From: Podarcis erhardii
Lineage: Eukaryota
Strand: one strand, 5' to 3'
Assembly: GCA_964252035.1 (NCBI GenBank)
Contig: OZ176209.1
DNA length: 64,000 nt
Part shown: positions 13,107-25,209 of the stretch, piece by piece
How positions within the stretch are numbered: the stretch's first letter is position 1
How the letters are laid out: every line of letters begins with the position of its first letter
Notes under the pieces: model-generated
What the model was told of the DNA's origin: nothing
Seen by the model: only the letters and a program-made list of their open reading frames with translations
The model's database searches: none
Position numbers and translations under genes: made by a program

Positions 13107-14299
13107 TTTGAGTTTCCTTTAATATTGCAATGAGTCAAAGATTTTTAAGAGCAGAAGCAGTGAGGCCTACATTCAGGCCTAAGCCTGCTACAGTAAGCAG
13201 TAAATTGTGAAGTCTCTGTGACATGTGACTCATTCTCTAAGAATGTATCTTGCTTGCAGACTCAGTTGCTATTGCATATTTGGGGCAGACAGAGTGGAGC
13301 CAGGGTCTCTGTGCTTCCAATGACTATGAGCACTCTGTGTATGCTCTTTAACTATGCTGTTTCTGAACAAGTTTATTTTCTTCAAGTTTGTTTTGCCCTG
13401 ATAGTGGCTACCACTATTTTAGAGAGGAATTGTGGCTTAGTGGCTAGAGGACATGACTAGGTCCTGGGAGACAAGGGTTCATTTCCCCCACTTAGCCATT
13501 GTTATAACAAAACAAAACAAACTGCTCCTTTTGGACTATTCTGTGGCTGGGTAGTTGGGCCCATTTGTGATATCATTGCCCCCCCCCCAAAGAAAGGAAA
13601 TAAGAAATTTGGGTTTCTTGAGGAGGTGCTTCCCTCTAAAAGGGCAAGCAGGGGTACCTGGTCAGGCGGTGGGCTGCCTCGAGCTTGCTATTTCACTGGA
13701 AACATTTATGCCTGGCCTAGCAGGTGATCCTAGGGCTTTGCCCTAGAATTCGATGGCCTGGAAGCGTTTACAGCCTGAATAGTGTCCCCATGTGGTGCAT
13801 GAAGCATTGGTTTCACCGGTTCCTTACATTGTTTAGTTTTTTGCAGACTATGACAGGGCTTTTGCAGATGCCTCAAGAGCTTGCCTCTCCTGCAGAGGAT
13901 GACTTGCGGACGCCCCAGGTGCCTTCTTCCATAAGGAAGCATCTTTGGAGGCTGCGATTCAGGAGGAGGGCAAAGAGGAGCAGGGATGATGATTCAGACA
14001 TCACCTTGGACCTCTACAGGGGTCAGGGTGAGGCTGTCCTGGGTCTTTAGGGATCATCCTGGATAGATCAGCTGGTCAGCGCATAGTGCCGGTAATGCCT
14101 AGGTTGCAGGATTGGTCCCTGTATGGGACAGCTACATGCCCCCCATTGCTCTACCTGGACACTTAGGTCCAGTGTCGAGGGCCTTTTGGTGGTTCCCTCA
14201 CTGCGACGGATGTAACGGGCGCCACGTTTGCAATATGCAAGCGGGAGAAAGCACCTTTGCGTGCCCGCATTGCAGTTTGCTCTGTGCGTTGCAGGGCAC

Positions 14300-14650
14300 A
14301 GCGCTGCACGGGCTGCATTTGCATTGCATTGCATTGCATTGCATTGTGTGAGAGATTGCATTTGCATTGCACGGAGGTTGTGTGCATTGCATGGAGTGTG
14401 TAGTTGCATTGCACGAAGTGTGTTGCATTGTACGGAAGGTGTGTGTGCATTGCACGGAGTGTGTGCATTGCACGGAGGGTGTAGTTGCATTGCACAGAGT
14501 GTGTATTTGCATTGAACGGAGGGTGTGTGCAGTGCATGGAGTGTGTAGTTGCATTGCATGGAGTGGGTAGTTGCATTGCACGAAGTGGGTAGTTGCATTG
14601 CACGGAGTGTAGTTGCATTGAACGGAGTGTGCTTTTGCATTGCACAGGGT
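14300..14650. repeat. TGCATTGCA-core micro/minisatellite (about 20-24 bp units such as gtgtagttgcattgcacgga)
   Basis: Directly visible tandem array preceded by a (GCATT)n run. Confidence 0.9.
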
Positions 14651-14829
14651 GTGTGTCTGAAAAGGAAGCTGGCTCGGTGGCAGCTTTGTCGGGACTTCTT
14701 TAGGGCTTCTGGTCAGCGTCGGCCCTGTAAATTTACATATCATGATGGCAGCACAAGATGCCCCCTGCCCAAGCGGGGGCTGGAAGCTGGCAAGCAATAG
14801 CTCAATACCTTTTGCCCATATTCCCATTT

Positions 14830-15610
14830 TATTTAGGGATCCAGATGGATATGGTTGCTAAAACATACCACTTGCCTAGGGAGAAGCTGTCTGCCTTGAA
14901 GGAAGTTATTTTGTAATACTTCCTCTGTAGCAAGTGATGCTTCATCAGATCCGATCTTGCTGGGTCACTTAATTAATCTTGCATGCAGAGTGGTTGCCCC
15001 AGGCCACCCCTTCCATTCCTGCTAGGCCAGGCTGCCTGCGGCCTGAGGTCCCCTTACCTTCGTGTACACTTACCAAATGAGGTGATAGGCAGATCTCATG
15101 CGATGGTTGCAATTCCAAAATGAATGCAATAGTAGTTCGCCATGGCAGGATACCTTGAACCTGCACAGGGATTTTCAGGTTCATGCTGATGCTGCTGGAT
15201 CTTTGCCCTTTGGTTTTTTATTTCAGGGGCTGCTGGTGTGCATAGCCATGGCCTCAAGCCTGGTGTGGTGAAGCAATCATGTGACCTAACTTTTCTTGAG
15301 TTTTCCCCATTGTAGTAGCAGTTCACATGTGGCCCGAGGAGTTCAGTGACCATCGGATCTGCTTTTGGTCTGATAACCAGGTAGTGGTGAGCGTCTTGGC
15401 AAAACAGTCCTCACGCTCCAGCAGAGTCTCCGCCCCTCCGCTCACGCTTCGAGCTGCGCTGCTTAAGGTTTAATATTGTGCTTTCTGCTCTCCTGATTAC
15501 GGGATCCTCTAATGATGTTGCTGACACTCTATCCCATTTTCAGATGGAGCGCTTCAGATCCTGGGCTCCAGACACTCAGCTACTGCCAGACTTTTCCAGA
15601 CCACCTGTGG
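14830..15610 (+). pseudogene. Ngaro RT C-terminus and RNase H, frameshifted
   Basis: Motifs YLGIQMDMVAKTYHLPREKL, LLGHLxxACRVVAPG and DLTFLEFSPIVVAVHMW...FWSDNQVVV, with multiple stops and frameshifts. Confidence 0.85.
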
Positions 15611-15649
15611 CACTTTAACAACAATTAGTTGTCAATTACAGAGAGCAGC

Positions 15650-16500
15650 AGCTTCCATTTCCCCTTTTGCTTTTAGCTCTTATGGGAGGGCCTGGATGGA
15701 TTTCTTAGCCTTAAGCTGGCAGTCCTCGGCCATTCAGAAGAACTGGCCCCCATCCTCTAGCAGATCCTGCAATATTTGGTCCACCTGCTGCAGATTGGAA
15801 GTGCTGTTAAAACTATCAGTATTCAGTCCGCTGCAATGTCTGTTATAGTAAAGCTTTAATTTGCAGATACCCTTGTATAAAGTCTGTCGTGCGCAGGGCC
15901 TTGGAAGGTAGGAATAGGCTCCAACCTCATAGGACAGTGGGCAGGAAGTCGGTCAATTTTTACCTATGCAGTATCTGCAACAAGTTATAACTTGTCTGCT
16001 GGTTAAAGATCAAGGCGAGACTCCTTTCAGTATTCCATTGCATTTTTGGTGCACTGAGGGTTGGGGAAATTGTGTTGGAGCCAGCACAGGGCTGAGAGTC
16101 TGGAGGCTTATTGCTTCAGGACTTTTCCTTATCTGATTTGGAGCTGGTCATTATAGTGGGGAACTCTAAAACAGACCTAGTGGGCAGGAGTGCCACCATC
16201 AGGCTTCCCCTCACAGGTGAGGAGGGCCCTTGCCCAGTTATGGATACCAGAAATATTTAGCTTTTCATTCCCCTGGGGGCTGGCCCGCTCCTAGTGCATG
16301 AAAATGGGTTCTCGTTAGCCAGGCATCAATGTGCTTACGTCGTGCACCAGTTATTATGGCCTGTGGCTTGCCTACCGCTGAACACGCCTCATTCCTTCTG
16401 AATAGGGCTGCTGCAAAGGCTGCACACTGGGGGCCTGTCAGTAGACAGGATTGTGAATACTGGTCATTGGAAGTCTGATGCTGACAAGGGTTACATCAGG
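15650..16500 (+). pseudogene. Ngaro tyrosine recombinase, disrupted
   Basis: SSYGRAWMDF, VVRRALEG, FGALRVGEIV (catalytic R), NSKTDLVG, HSF*IG (HxxR box) and GHWKSDADKGYIR (catalytic Y). Confidence 0.85.
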
Positions 16501-16614
16501 AAGTGTCACCAATGATGTCTGTGCTGATGCCTGTCTGTTATTTCCTTTTTTCATAGGAACAGCTGTGCACATTTAGATTGGCGGTTGAGCAGGCCAGAAA
16601 GCATGTTAATAAGG

Positions 16615-16710
16615 TGGTGGAAAATAAATAAAGTAAAATAAAGTAAAATAAATAAATAAAATAAAGTAAAATAAATAAATAAAATAAAATAAAATAAAAT
16701 AAATAAAAAA
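16615..16710. repeat. (AAATA/AAAGTA)n A-rich repeat
   Basis: Direct. Confidence 0.9.
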
Positions 16711-16713
16711 TTA

Positions 16714-17620
16714 AGCATTGTACACTGGGCTGGCAAGCGCGCTGACGAGTCTGGACTGGGGCGCCATCTCAGTCTTCCTGCCCAAGTGAACATATACTGG
16801 GTGTCCAGATGGGGAATGCTTTGGGAGGAGTTCCTTTTTTTGGTGCGGTTGAGTGTGACCTGTACAGGTCCTCCCGTAGTGCTAGTGGTGCAGCTGGACG
16901 AGAATGACTTGCCGTCTTCTTACAGCATAAGTTTGCGTTCCTGCATGCAGGAGGACTTGGATGAGTTGATGGCAGCTCTCTCAAAATAATTTAAGGCATT
17001 GGTTCAAGGTAGTCTGGAGGGGGGGTCGGAGCACCTGTCCCCTCCAATGTGCAAAGGTAATCCTTTAAAGGAACCCAAGGATTCGCCATGCTTTTGTCGA
17101 CCCCTTTCGAGGGGTAGGGCCACGCAAGGGTCCCTGGGAGCATTTGGGGTGCGCTTGAGTCTGATCCTGGTTCATTGCTCCCCCACGATGTTTGCTTGTA
17201 CTGACGATATGGTGAGGCCCAGTCATCAGTGCTGCCCTGCTGAGGTCGGAACCAATGCCTAGACAAACTACCACCGAGCAGGCCAGAAAGCATGTTNNNN
17301 NNNNNNNNNNNNNNNNNNNNNNNNNNNNNNNNNNNNNNNNNNNNNNNNNNNNNNNNNNNNNNNNNNNNNNNNNNNNNNNNNNNNNNNNNNNNNNNNNNNN
17401 NNNNNNNNNNNNNNNNNNNNNNNNNNNNNNNNNNNNNNNNNNNNNNNNNNNNNNNNNNNNNNNNNNNNNNNNNNNNNNNNNNNNNNNNATATTGCACCCT
17501 GCTATTTCCTTCAAGGCTGTTGCCCTCTTTAGGGCAGATGGGGTGCATCTTTCCCCTATGGGGAACGACACCTGGCTGGATGCGGTTGCTTTGGGATTGA
17601 AGGAAGGGTTGCATTTGTGA
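16714..17620 (+). pseudogene. Ngaro SGNH-hydrolase (esterase-like) ORF, interrupted
   Basis: SIVHWAG (block I Ser), GPPVVLVVQLDENDL (block III GxND-like, 16891) and LFRADGVHLSPMGN (block V DxxH, 17538), stop at 17618-17620. Split by a repeat insertion and the N gap. Confidence 0.8.
17297..17488. other. Assembly gap (192 N)
   Basis: Run of N. Confidence 1.
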
Positions 17621-17625
17621 GTGGT

Positions 17626-18138
17626 TTGGCGGTGAGCTTCAGTGCTCAGTTGGCGGTTAGGCATTGGTCTGGAATTGGTTGCTGGGGGGTATGGATTCAG
17701 CTGTGCCTGCCCCCCAAAATGCTGCTGCTGGTGGAGGGGTATGGATTCGGCTGTGCCTGCCCCTCCAAAATGCTGCTGCTGCTGAAGGGTTTTACCGTTA
17801 AAGGAACCCAGGGGCTCCCCCATGCTTTTGTCCGAAACCCCCTGGCAAGGGGCTAGGGCCACACAAGCCCCTGGGAGCATGCTGGGGAGAGGTGAGGCAT
17901 GGTTCCCAGTACCGTCTCTCTCCCCAGGTGACTTACCCTTCCTGACTTCGCGGGGGGTGCGAATGTCAGAGCTGTCCCCGTGCGGGGGCAGTTAGTGCTA
18001 CCAATTCCTAAGCAACCACTCACATTGCTCTATTTGAATAAAGTTGTGGCCAAAATTATGCCAAAAACCTTAAACAAAAATTAAGTGTCAGTTGTGTTTT
18101 TCTTGGGGGGGGGGTGTCTTGGGGACCTTGACGCGCAA
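17626..18138 (+). repeat. Ngaro 3' terminal repeat (B unit)
   Basis: Starts ttggcggt..taggcattggt, contains AATAAAGTTGTGGCC and ends ggggaccttgacgcgcaa. Homologous to 26864-27290 and 54134-54540 in reverse orientation. Includes an internal ~51-bp tandem duplication (about 17684-17785). Confidence 0.75.
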
Positions 18139-18980
18139 ATGTTGACATGTTGACAGCTCCAAACTCCAATACCTTCCATGGATTAGCATTTTAAGTATTG
18201 TTGATGCATCCATGTTCTTGCTTTCCCCCCCTTTCCTTCAGTTTGCTTGCCTTTCACTTTGGTCAAGTTCTGTGGCTGCTCCTGTAGTAGTTGCTACTAT
18301 AGGCTAAGAAGTCTTCGAATTTGAAAGTTCTAACAAATCTGTTGTCTCCCCCCCCCCTTTTTTTTTTTTACTGAATCAGCAAAGACTTAGGCAATTTCAC
18401 CATGCATGCTTGATCTCTACAACACACAGCAAACCAACTCCTTTAGTTGGTCTTATGTTACAAATAAGATAGTAATTAGAATATCCAAATGACACCATTT
18501 GTATGCATATAGATTGTTTTGAAAAGCACTTTCTTCGGCAAACACTATTTATTTGCTCATGAATATTAATTGTTTTAATCATGTTAAGATGATGAGAGCT
18601 ATATAAAATATAAATGGTAATAGACAAGATATTTGTCAGTTAGGACGACTTGGATACAGAGCCCACTCTAGTTGGCAAAAACAATGCTATTGATTTTTAT
18701 GTACTTTCGTTGAGGCTTCATTTGATCAACAGATGTGATTTTTTTATCATGAAACTACCAAGGAGTTCATTGGCTGAGTGTAGTGCAGCTTTTGGTTTAA
18801 CTACTTAACATTCCAGATTTGCCAAAAGTGTCTTTGTAACATATTGTTCATGGTGTGAGAATGAAATTTGGTACTCAAATTCAGGGCCTTATTCTGTGTT
18901 TCAGATTCAAATACTAGTTTAGCCCATTATCAAGGGAGATTTAGAGATTAATAAAGATTTAGAGATTAATAAAGAATGTT

Positions 18981-19138
18981 GGTATTTTTTCCTCTATAAG
19001 ACGTCCCCATGTATAAGACACCCCCTATTTTGGGGCACTCAGATTTAAGAAAATGGGAGAGATGTATCCATGTATAAGACACCCCCTAATTTTTGACATT
19101 TTTAGGGGAAAACCTAGTCTTATACATGGAAAAAATGG
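18981..19138 (+). mobile_element. Short degenerate Tc2-like MITE
   Basis: gtattttttcctctataagac ... gtcttatacatggaaaaaatgg|ta, with a duplicated catgtataagacaccccct. Confidence 0.6.
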
Positions 19139-19879
19139 TAATTCTGTACATGGGTTACAAACTCCCAGCTCAATTTCTATCCCCATTTTCAAAAGGAACA
19201 TGGAAAGTGGAAAAACACATTGTGATATTTGTCTTGAAGACTATGTTGGTTTTTGTGTTTATAACCACTTTCTCTGTTGCAAGTCAAGGGCAACTTCCAT
19301 ACCAGATTTCAAGGAGGACAGTAAATACACATTTATGCAACTCAATGAGTTGTTTATATGCCTGGTTCATTTGTTAAAACATTTCCTTATACTGTGTAAA
19401 AAGGTATAATGGAGGAAATTGTATGGATCCCGTGCATCTCCCATATGCATGAGCAGATCAGTAAGGCTCCCAAGATTCTTGTGTCAATTCACAAAACCCT
19501 AAACATTTTGGGCCCAAACGATAGTGTTGCCAGGTCAGGACCATCCCAGGCCCTTAGATTTCAGGGCCCGAATCTGAGACCTAAGGGTGGTTCCTGGTGA
19601 TGTCACAGGGCAGGCCCTGGTGAAGTCATTAAGCATAACATCTAAAGCATTAACCACAGTCTCTGAGGGCATGTCATACAAATATAAACACAAAGTCTAA
19701 CAAATAAGCAAATATATTTTTTGTTTGAAAATTAAGAAATTAAGGAACCTAGTAAACACATGTCTGTCTTTCCAGTTATTTGTAGAGTAATTAGGAATAT
19801 TTTTTGAGTGGGTAGCCCACCATACAGTTTCAAGAGTTTCAATTAGTATTAGCTGTAGATTTATAGCTGCTCTTCCCCC

Positions 19880-20000
19880 CCCCCCATGTTGATTTATATT
19901 TTTATTATTGTTTTTAGTGCATTTGTGCAATTTGTGTCTTGTGCCATGCCCTGGGACCCATTATGATGAAAGGCAGGCTATAAATATGCTTAATAAAATA
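19880..20000 (+). mobile_element. L2 3' tail fragment
   Basis: tgtgccatgccctgggacc..gatgaaaggcaggctataaatatgcttaataaaataa. Confidence 0.5.
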
Positions 20001-20559
20001 AGCACAGCTATTCTCGGTGGCCAAATTATTTTAATTACTAAAATAGCAAATCAAAGAGGCAGCCCATTATCAGGGACTTTGGATAGAAATTTTAACAAGT
20101 TCCAGAGAGCCACAGTTCCCCTCACTCCAAGGCATAGGAGACAGAGCCCATGGTCTCCAATGTGTTCTACTGCCCATCCTAGAATGAGCTTAAAAATTGG
20201 GGAGGGGAAGTATCAGGAGCAGAATGACTACCATTGTTGTAAATGTGCTTCAGTGCATACAAGAACTCATTATTATATTATTTTAACAAATTGTATACAG
20301 TGGCATCATGCTCGCTGCCCTTTATCTGTCTTTGATGAAGTATCAGTTTAATTTCTTCATAAAGCAAGCTTTTTATAATGAATTTATGGGATGTGGCAAA
20401 CAGGGGGTTTAGAGGCAGTTTTAAAGCAGTTGTAGCATTAGTCTTTGAAGATTAAATGTTTCGTGTGGGACAAGTAGACAGCTCCCAGCAAGACTCTCAA
20501 AAACCCTGGCGAGTGGTATTTATCAGGTTGGCATTTGAAAAAGACAAGTTGCCCCTTTT

Positions 20560-21528
20560 TTTATTTTTAATATTGATTAACTAAAACTGTGAAGTTGCCA
20601 TACTATATCTGTGCCAAAATAGAAGTGAACAGAGCCACATCTGAAGGGTCTGGAGAGCGGATGAAAGGGCAGGAGGTCAAAGACAAAATTATGATAACAT
20701 GGAAAATGTTGCAAAACAACAGAATGTGGACAGGAAAAGCAAAGCTAGCATGCATATTTCACAGAACAAGGATCTTGTACATCTATATAAGAAAGACATA
20801 TTTTAGGATACTTGATTTGGGCCATTTATCCATAAATTAAGAATTAATATTGATGAAGAACCCAATGCAAGGTTAGTGCAAGAAGCGGAAGAGTCGGCGG
20901 TATCAAATACAACACATTTTACACTTGTCTGAATTCCTAGGCCATAAAACAAGCAGTCAAAGGAGAGAAAGGTCTGCACATGCCTTCCTATTAGGAATAA
21001 TGTCAACAGAAGTTAAGAAAAATGCCAGACCACTGTTCATGTATGCAACAACAGCAGCCAGGATTTTAGTAGTGAAGAATTGGAAAAGTGAAAATATCCC
21101 CACAAAAACTGAATGGCAGGTAAAAATGATAGAGTACATACAATTGGCAAAAATGGCAGAGAGAGCTAGAGGATATTCGATGCAGAAGGTGAATAAAGAA
21201 TGGACAGTATTTAAAGAGTACTTGAAAAATTATTGTGATAACAAAAATCTCCTGGCAGACCTTGAATGATTCTTGTAATATATTGGTGATGAATAATAGA
21301 ATATCTTGAAAAGAATTGGGGAAACAAAATAATAATAAGGCACTGTGGGTAAAATAAGAAACAGTGAGAAGAATCAGAAGTTTATTTTATTTATTTCATC
21401 TGTTGTCTTTTATCCTTTGCTTTCTTCTTCTTTCTTCTTTCTTTTCCTGTAAGGTATGTGTATTGATGTGTGGGCTGATGTTGATTGTTCAATAAAGTTC
21501 TATTTTAACCAAGAAAGAAAGAAAGAAA
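20560..21528 (+). mobile_element. 5'-truncated L1-clade LINE (ORF2 C-terminus and 3'UTR)
   Basis: ORF 20925-21269 FLLGIMSTEVKKNARPLFMYATTAARILVVKNWK...EWTVFKEYL, then AATAAA at about 21490 and a (AAAG)n tail. Confidence 0.85.
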
Positions 21529-23091
21529 GTTCTGCATGCTGAAGTGTGAGAGCTGAGTGCCAGGACAGTTTATTAGTTTATGCTGCTGATCTGGCAACAG
21601 CCATAATTGCAGGGTGTAGGAAATGGATGTCTTAGAATCCTGGAGACCTGGTAACAAGCTACTACTACTACCAGAACTACTACAGGTAGCATATTCATGG
21701 TATTTAAAAGACCACCATGCCTTTCATGGACTTTCCTGAGGACATAATGGTCTTTTCAGTGCATATCCAAATTGTGGATTTCCTACTAGCTGCCTTTCTT
21801 GTTACTTTTTGGATTCATGTGAAGTCCCATGCAATGTTTTCAGGCACTCATATAATTAGGTACAAACATCAAATTAAGTCCTGCTTAAGGACACCATTAC
21901 AAATAGAAAATGAAATTATTCAGATTTAAAATGTGAAGAAATATATTGAAAGAAGAACAAGGCATTATCTTTCTAGAGCTTGTTTATTCAAATATCCTCG
22001 ATTACCCACATTTATTTGGTTGCAGTCTGTGCAATTCAGGATCCTCTATAATCAGTAATCTTGTTTGTTCATGTCACCAATCATTCAAATGTTTTGACTC
22101 TTTACCAGCCATATTTGAATAACACGATTTTATGTTGTATGAAAGCATAGGGAAATGATATAGACAGGAACCAAGAATTATGCCTAGTTTCTGTAGCTGC
22201 TGCCATGCTGTGGATAACCTTACCAAATTATGGATATTGAACCCTATTTTTTTATCGAAGATTTTCCATTTCCATGACAACAAACCAGTGCAGCATTTTG
22301 TTCACCGTTACAGAAGCTGGACTTCTTAGCTGCCCTATCGGGGCACAGTCGGGGAAAAGTGTATCAAAAATCAGACAGATAGTAAAATAAGCCCTACCCC
22401 ATCCCAATAAGAGAAACAAATGTCATGTTAGCTATTCGTCTCCTGTGTTGCTGTTTATCTGAGAATGCATCAAAATAATTCTACATCATACCATTTAACA
22501 TTCGGACAATTTTACTGTGAAATGTAAAATGGGAATGGTTTCAGAAAGAAGCTCTTGTTAGCTGCACGTTTGTTCTTTTGAGTTTTCCACATCACATAAA
22601 GTGTTCCCCTCTTGTGTTACAGGAGTTCATGAGTTAAACTACCAATTACACAAACAGCAGGGAAGATGATGTACTCTGTCTGAATAGCTGCATGATATGA
22701 AAACTCTGTAGGCACTTATTTGTTTAAGTAAAAAACAAAACAATAGAGAGAGACAATGGAAGAATATGGCAGGTTTCAACAACTGTATTTTGCTAACCAA
22801 CAGTGTCTAAAGATCTATCCATTCCACTATTTGAGATTGGATAGATCTAGAGTTTTTGGTATGAAGTTATAGCTCACTACAATAATAAAGATATACTTTT
22901 CCCATCTCCTCATACATCTCAAAGCTTGGAAAGTGGGATATTAATTTCTAACTACAAAAGGACACCTCTCTCTCTTTGGCATGCTGAAAAGGGATAGTGA
23001 TGTGAAATACTGCATGTGGATCCTGCATAGATATACTGAAGAAAGAAGATGTTCAAGATTGGTGGGAGTTTCTTAAAATTGAGATGCTAAA

Positions 23092-23280
23092 GGCATATAG
23101 GAAAACTGGAAGCTGCCATATCCATTCGTCAGATCATTGGTTCCTCCAGTACAGTATTGTTGACACTGACTGACAGCAGGTCTCCATGGTTTCAGGCAAG
23201 GTTTTTCCCCCAGCTCTATCTGAAGACACCAGAAATTGAAACTGGAACCTTTTGCATGCAAAACATCTATGACTAGCCTC
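23092..23280 (-). mobile_element. Same SINE family as 31995-32180
   Basis: ggaagctgccatat..tcagatcattggttcc..acactgactgacagc..gaaccttttgcatgcaaa. Confidence 0.6.
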
Positions 23281-23499
23281 TGGTTCTTCCTCATAATCAT
23301 AAACCATTCAAAAGTACCAGAAAAATGACAGGCACCTAAGGAACTTGGATGGCTGTGTAAGGAGCTCTCTGATGAGCTAAGATTTAAAAGGCACATGTAG
23401 AGGAAATGGAAGGAGTGACAAGGACAAATGAGGTAGCTAAAACTTGTAGGGACAGTATCAGTTAGGCTAAAGTCCAGGTGACCTTCAAATATTTTTAGT

Positions 23500-23693
23500 T
23501 GTCATCTGCATCTAAAAAGGTTGAAGATAACTTGCTCCAGAGGGTAGAACCCAAGTCAATATCCAGAAAAAGGATTTGGAATAAGCAGAGGGTGGATGGC
23601 TATCTGTCATGGATGCTTTAGCTGAGATTTCCTGCATTGCAAAGGGTTGGACTAGATAGCCATTGGGTCCCTTCCAACTCTACAATTCTCTAG
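23500..23693 (+). mobile_element. CR1 LINE 3' end
   Basis: aagcagagg.tggatggctatctgtcatggatgc..cctgcattgcaaagggttggactagat..gggtcccttccaactctacaattct. Confidence 0.8.
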
Positions 23694-23694
23694 T

Positions 23695-23893
23695 TAGGAA
23701 GGTCTTCTGGATGGTACAAGCTGATTGACAATGGAACAGACTACCTTGGAAGGTGGTCTACTTGCCTTCATTAGAGGTTTTTAAGCAGAGGCCCAGTGAC
23801 CATCTATAAGGGATGCTGTAGGAGTGGGTTTCCTGCATTGGTAGGGGATTGGAGTGGATGACCTTTGAGAGACCTTTCAGCTCCTATGCTTAT
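23695..23893 (+). mobile_element. Second, older CR1 3' end directly adjacent
   Basis: caatggaacagactacct..aggtttttaagcagagg..cctgcattggtaggggattgga.tggatgacc..cctttcagctcctatg. Confidence 0.7.
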
Positions 23894-25209
23894 GCTGTTG
23901 CATATAAATGGAAATTACATCATTGTGTGAAATGATGTTTTGCATCACAAGAGCACACCACCTGGAATTGCACGAAGTGATTGGCCTTGGGTGTTCTTTC
24001 CCTTTCCAATAAGTTGATGTGAACAACAGACAACAGGAAATAAATTTTTATTCTCAGTGGAGAGGCACGCACAGATGGTTGCTTTTTTAATACCTAGAAG
24101 CATTTTCTAGATATTTAGTCAGTAATGGACAGTTCACCCATTCCACTCAAAATGGAAATCCCATTCATACTAAACAAGAGTACTGGAGAGGGAAGTATTT
24201 TATTAGCATCATTCAGATTTTAATTTCTTCTCCTGTGCAATATAGTACAGCACTGAAAAGGCTATAAATATTAAATTGAGTTAGGCAATCTCTCCCCACC
24301 CCCTTTTATATTGCTGTGTACTTACCATGATCCCAAAGAGGTTTGCTGAATATAACTTTGAACAAGGGCATGATTTCTTCCCGTATTACATTGTATTGCA
24401 TGCCATTTTTTAAATAGTTATGGAATAATGTACTGCATTAAAAACCAATGTGGAAACCACATGGCAGCAAGAGGCATCTTAAGAGAAACTCAGATAACAA
24501 TAAGAAATACTGAAAAATTCATAAGATGGACTAGTATCTGGTCCTAGGAGAAGCAACACCTGGCAGCATTAGATTAGGTTGAATTGGCAAGTGTATTCCC
24601 TTAGACTCAATTGGAAGCTTTAAAAGCTTGTTACATTTATTGCCCTATTCATTCCGAGGCCCTGCATTCTAATTTATACCACAAGGATAAATTTGTGGCT
24701 CACTTACACGTGAGGATACACAATGGTACAGTAATGATCCATTCCTGTGATAGGCAACGAAATTGCAACCCTCTCATCATTTTAAGTAAGATTCTGAGAT
24801 TTGCCTGCCTTTTTAAAAGCTGGTAATTTCCATTTTTAACAGATGACTTGCATCTCCTCCTTTCTATACATCTTCACCAGAAACACTGAAGTACATATGC
24901 AGCATGATTGTTGTGAACCAGGTGCAGGAGGGTGGGAGCAAGAATGAGCAATAGGCGAGAGTGTGGGTTAAATATGTCCACCACACATTTCTGGTCTGCC
25001 ATGGCATACGGTCAGGATCCATCCATTGGGCAGTCCGACTGCTAGCCAATGTCTCTCTCAAACATATGCACACACACACACCAGCCTGCCTGCTTGGATA
25101 ATCACAGGAGTTGCAAGCAAGTAGGTTCCACCATGGTGCAAACCAGTTGTGTGGGTCCCACTAGCAACCTGGGAACTCAGAGCAATCAAGGATGGCCTTT
25201 CCTCAATTG

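Larger units (their letters stand above)
13560..18138 (+). mobile_element. Decayed, 5'-truncated Ngaro-type tyrosine-recombinase (DIRS-order) retrotransposon
   Basis: Colinear degenerate domains: gag-like region, RT C-terminus (YLGIQMD 14830; LLGHL..ACRVVAPG 14957), RNase H (ADAAGS 15185, DLTFLE 15283, FWSDNQVVV 15363, DVADTLSHFQMERF 15514), YR (FGALRVGEI 16045, SKTD 16165, HSF*IG 16390, GYIR 16489), SGNH hydrolase and a 3' terminal repeat with AATAAA at 18037. Confidence 0.85.

Noticed and set aside
14300-14650. CRISPR-like repeat array
   Set aside because: Vertebrate DNA, degenerate tandem units with no unique spacers, and no cas genes.
14068-14827. Several long Cys/His/Ala-rich ORFs (160-209 aa) on both strands
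   Set aside because: They are translations of the TGCATTGCA minisatellite and adjoining Ngaro remnant; low-complexity and open in many frames.
16991-17880. 207-271 aa ORFs
   Set aside because: They run through the N gap, so their length is an artefact.
13560-18138. Assignment as DIRS1-type element or LTR retrovirus
   Set aside because: No integrase. The YR has HSF(R)IG, the RNase H has the DLTFLE/FWSDNQ type, and there is an SGNH ORF rather than a methyltransferase, all favouring Ngaro.
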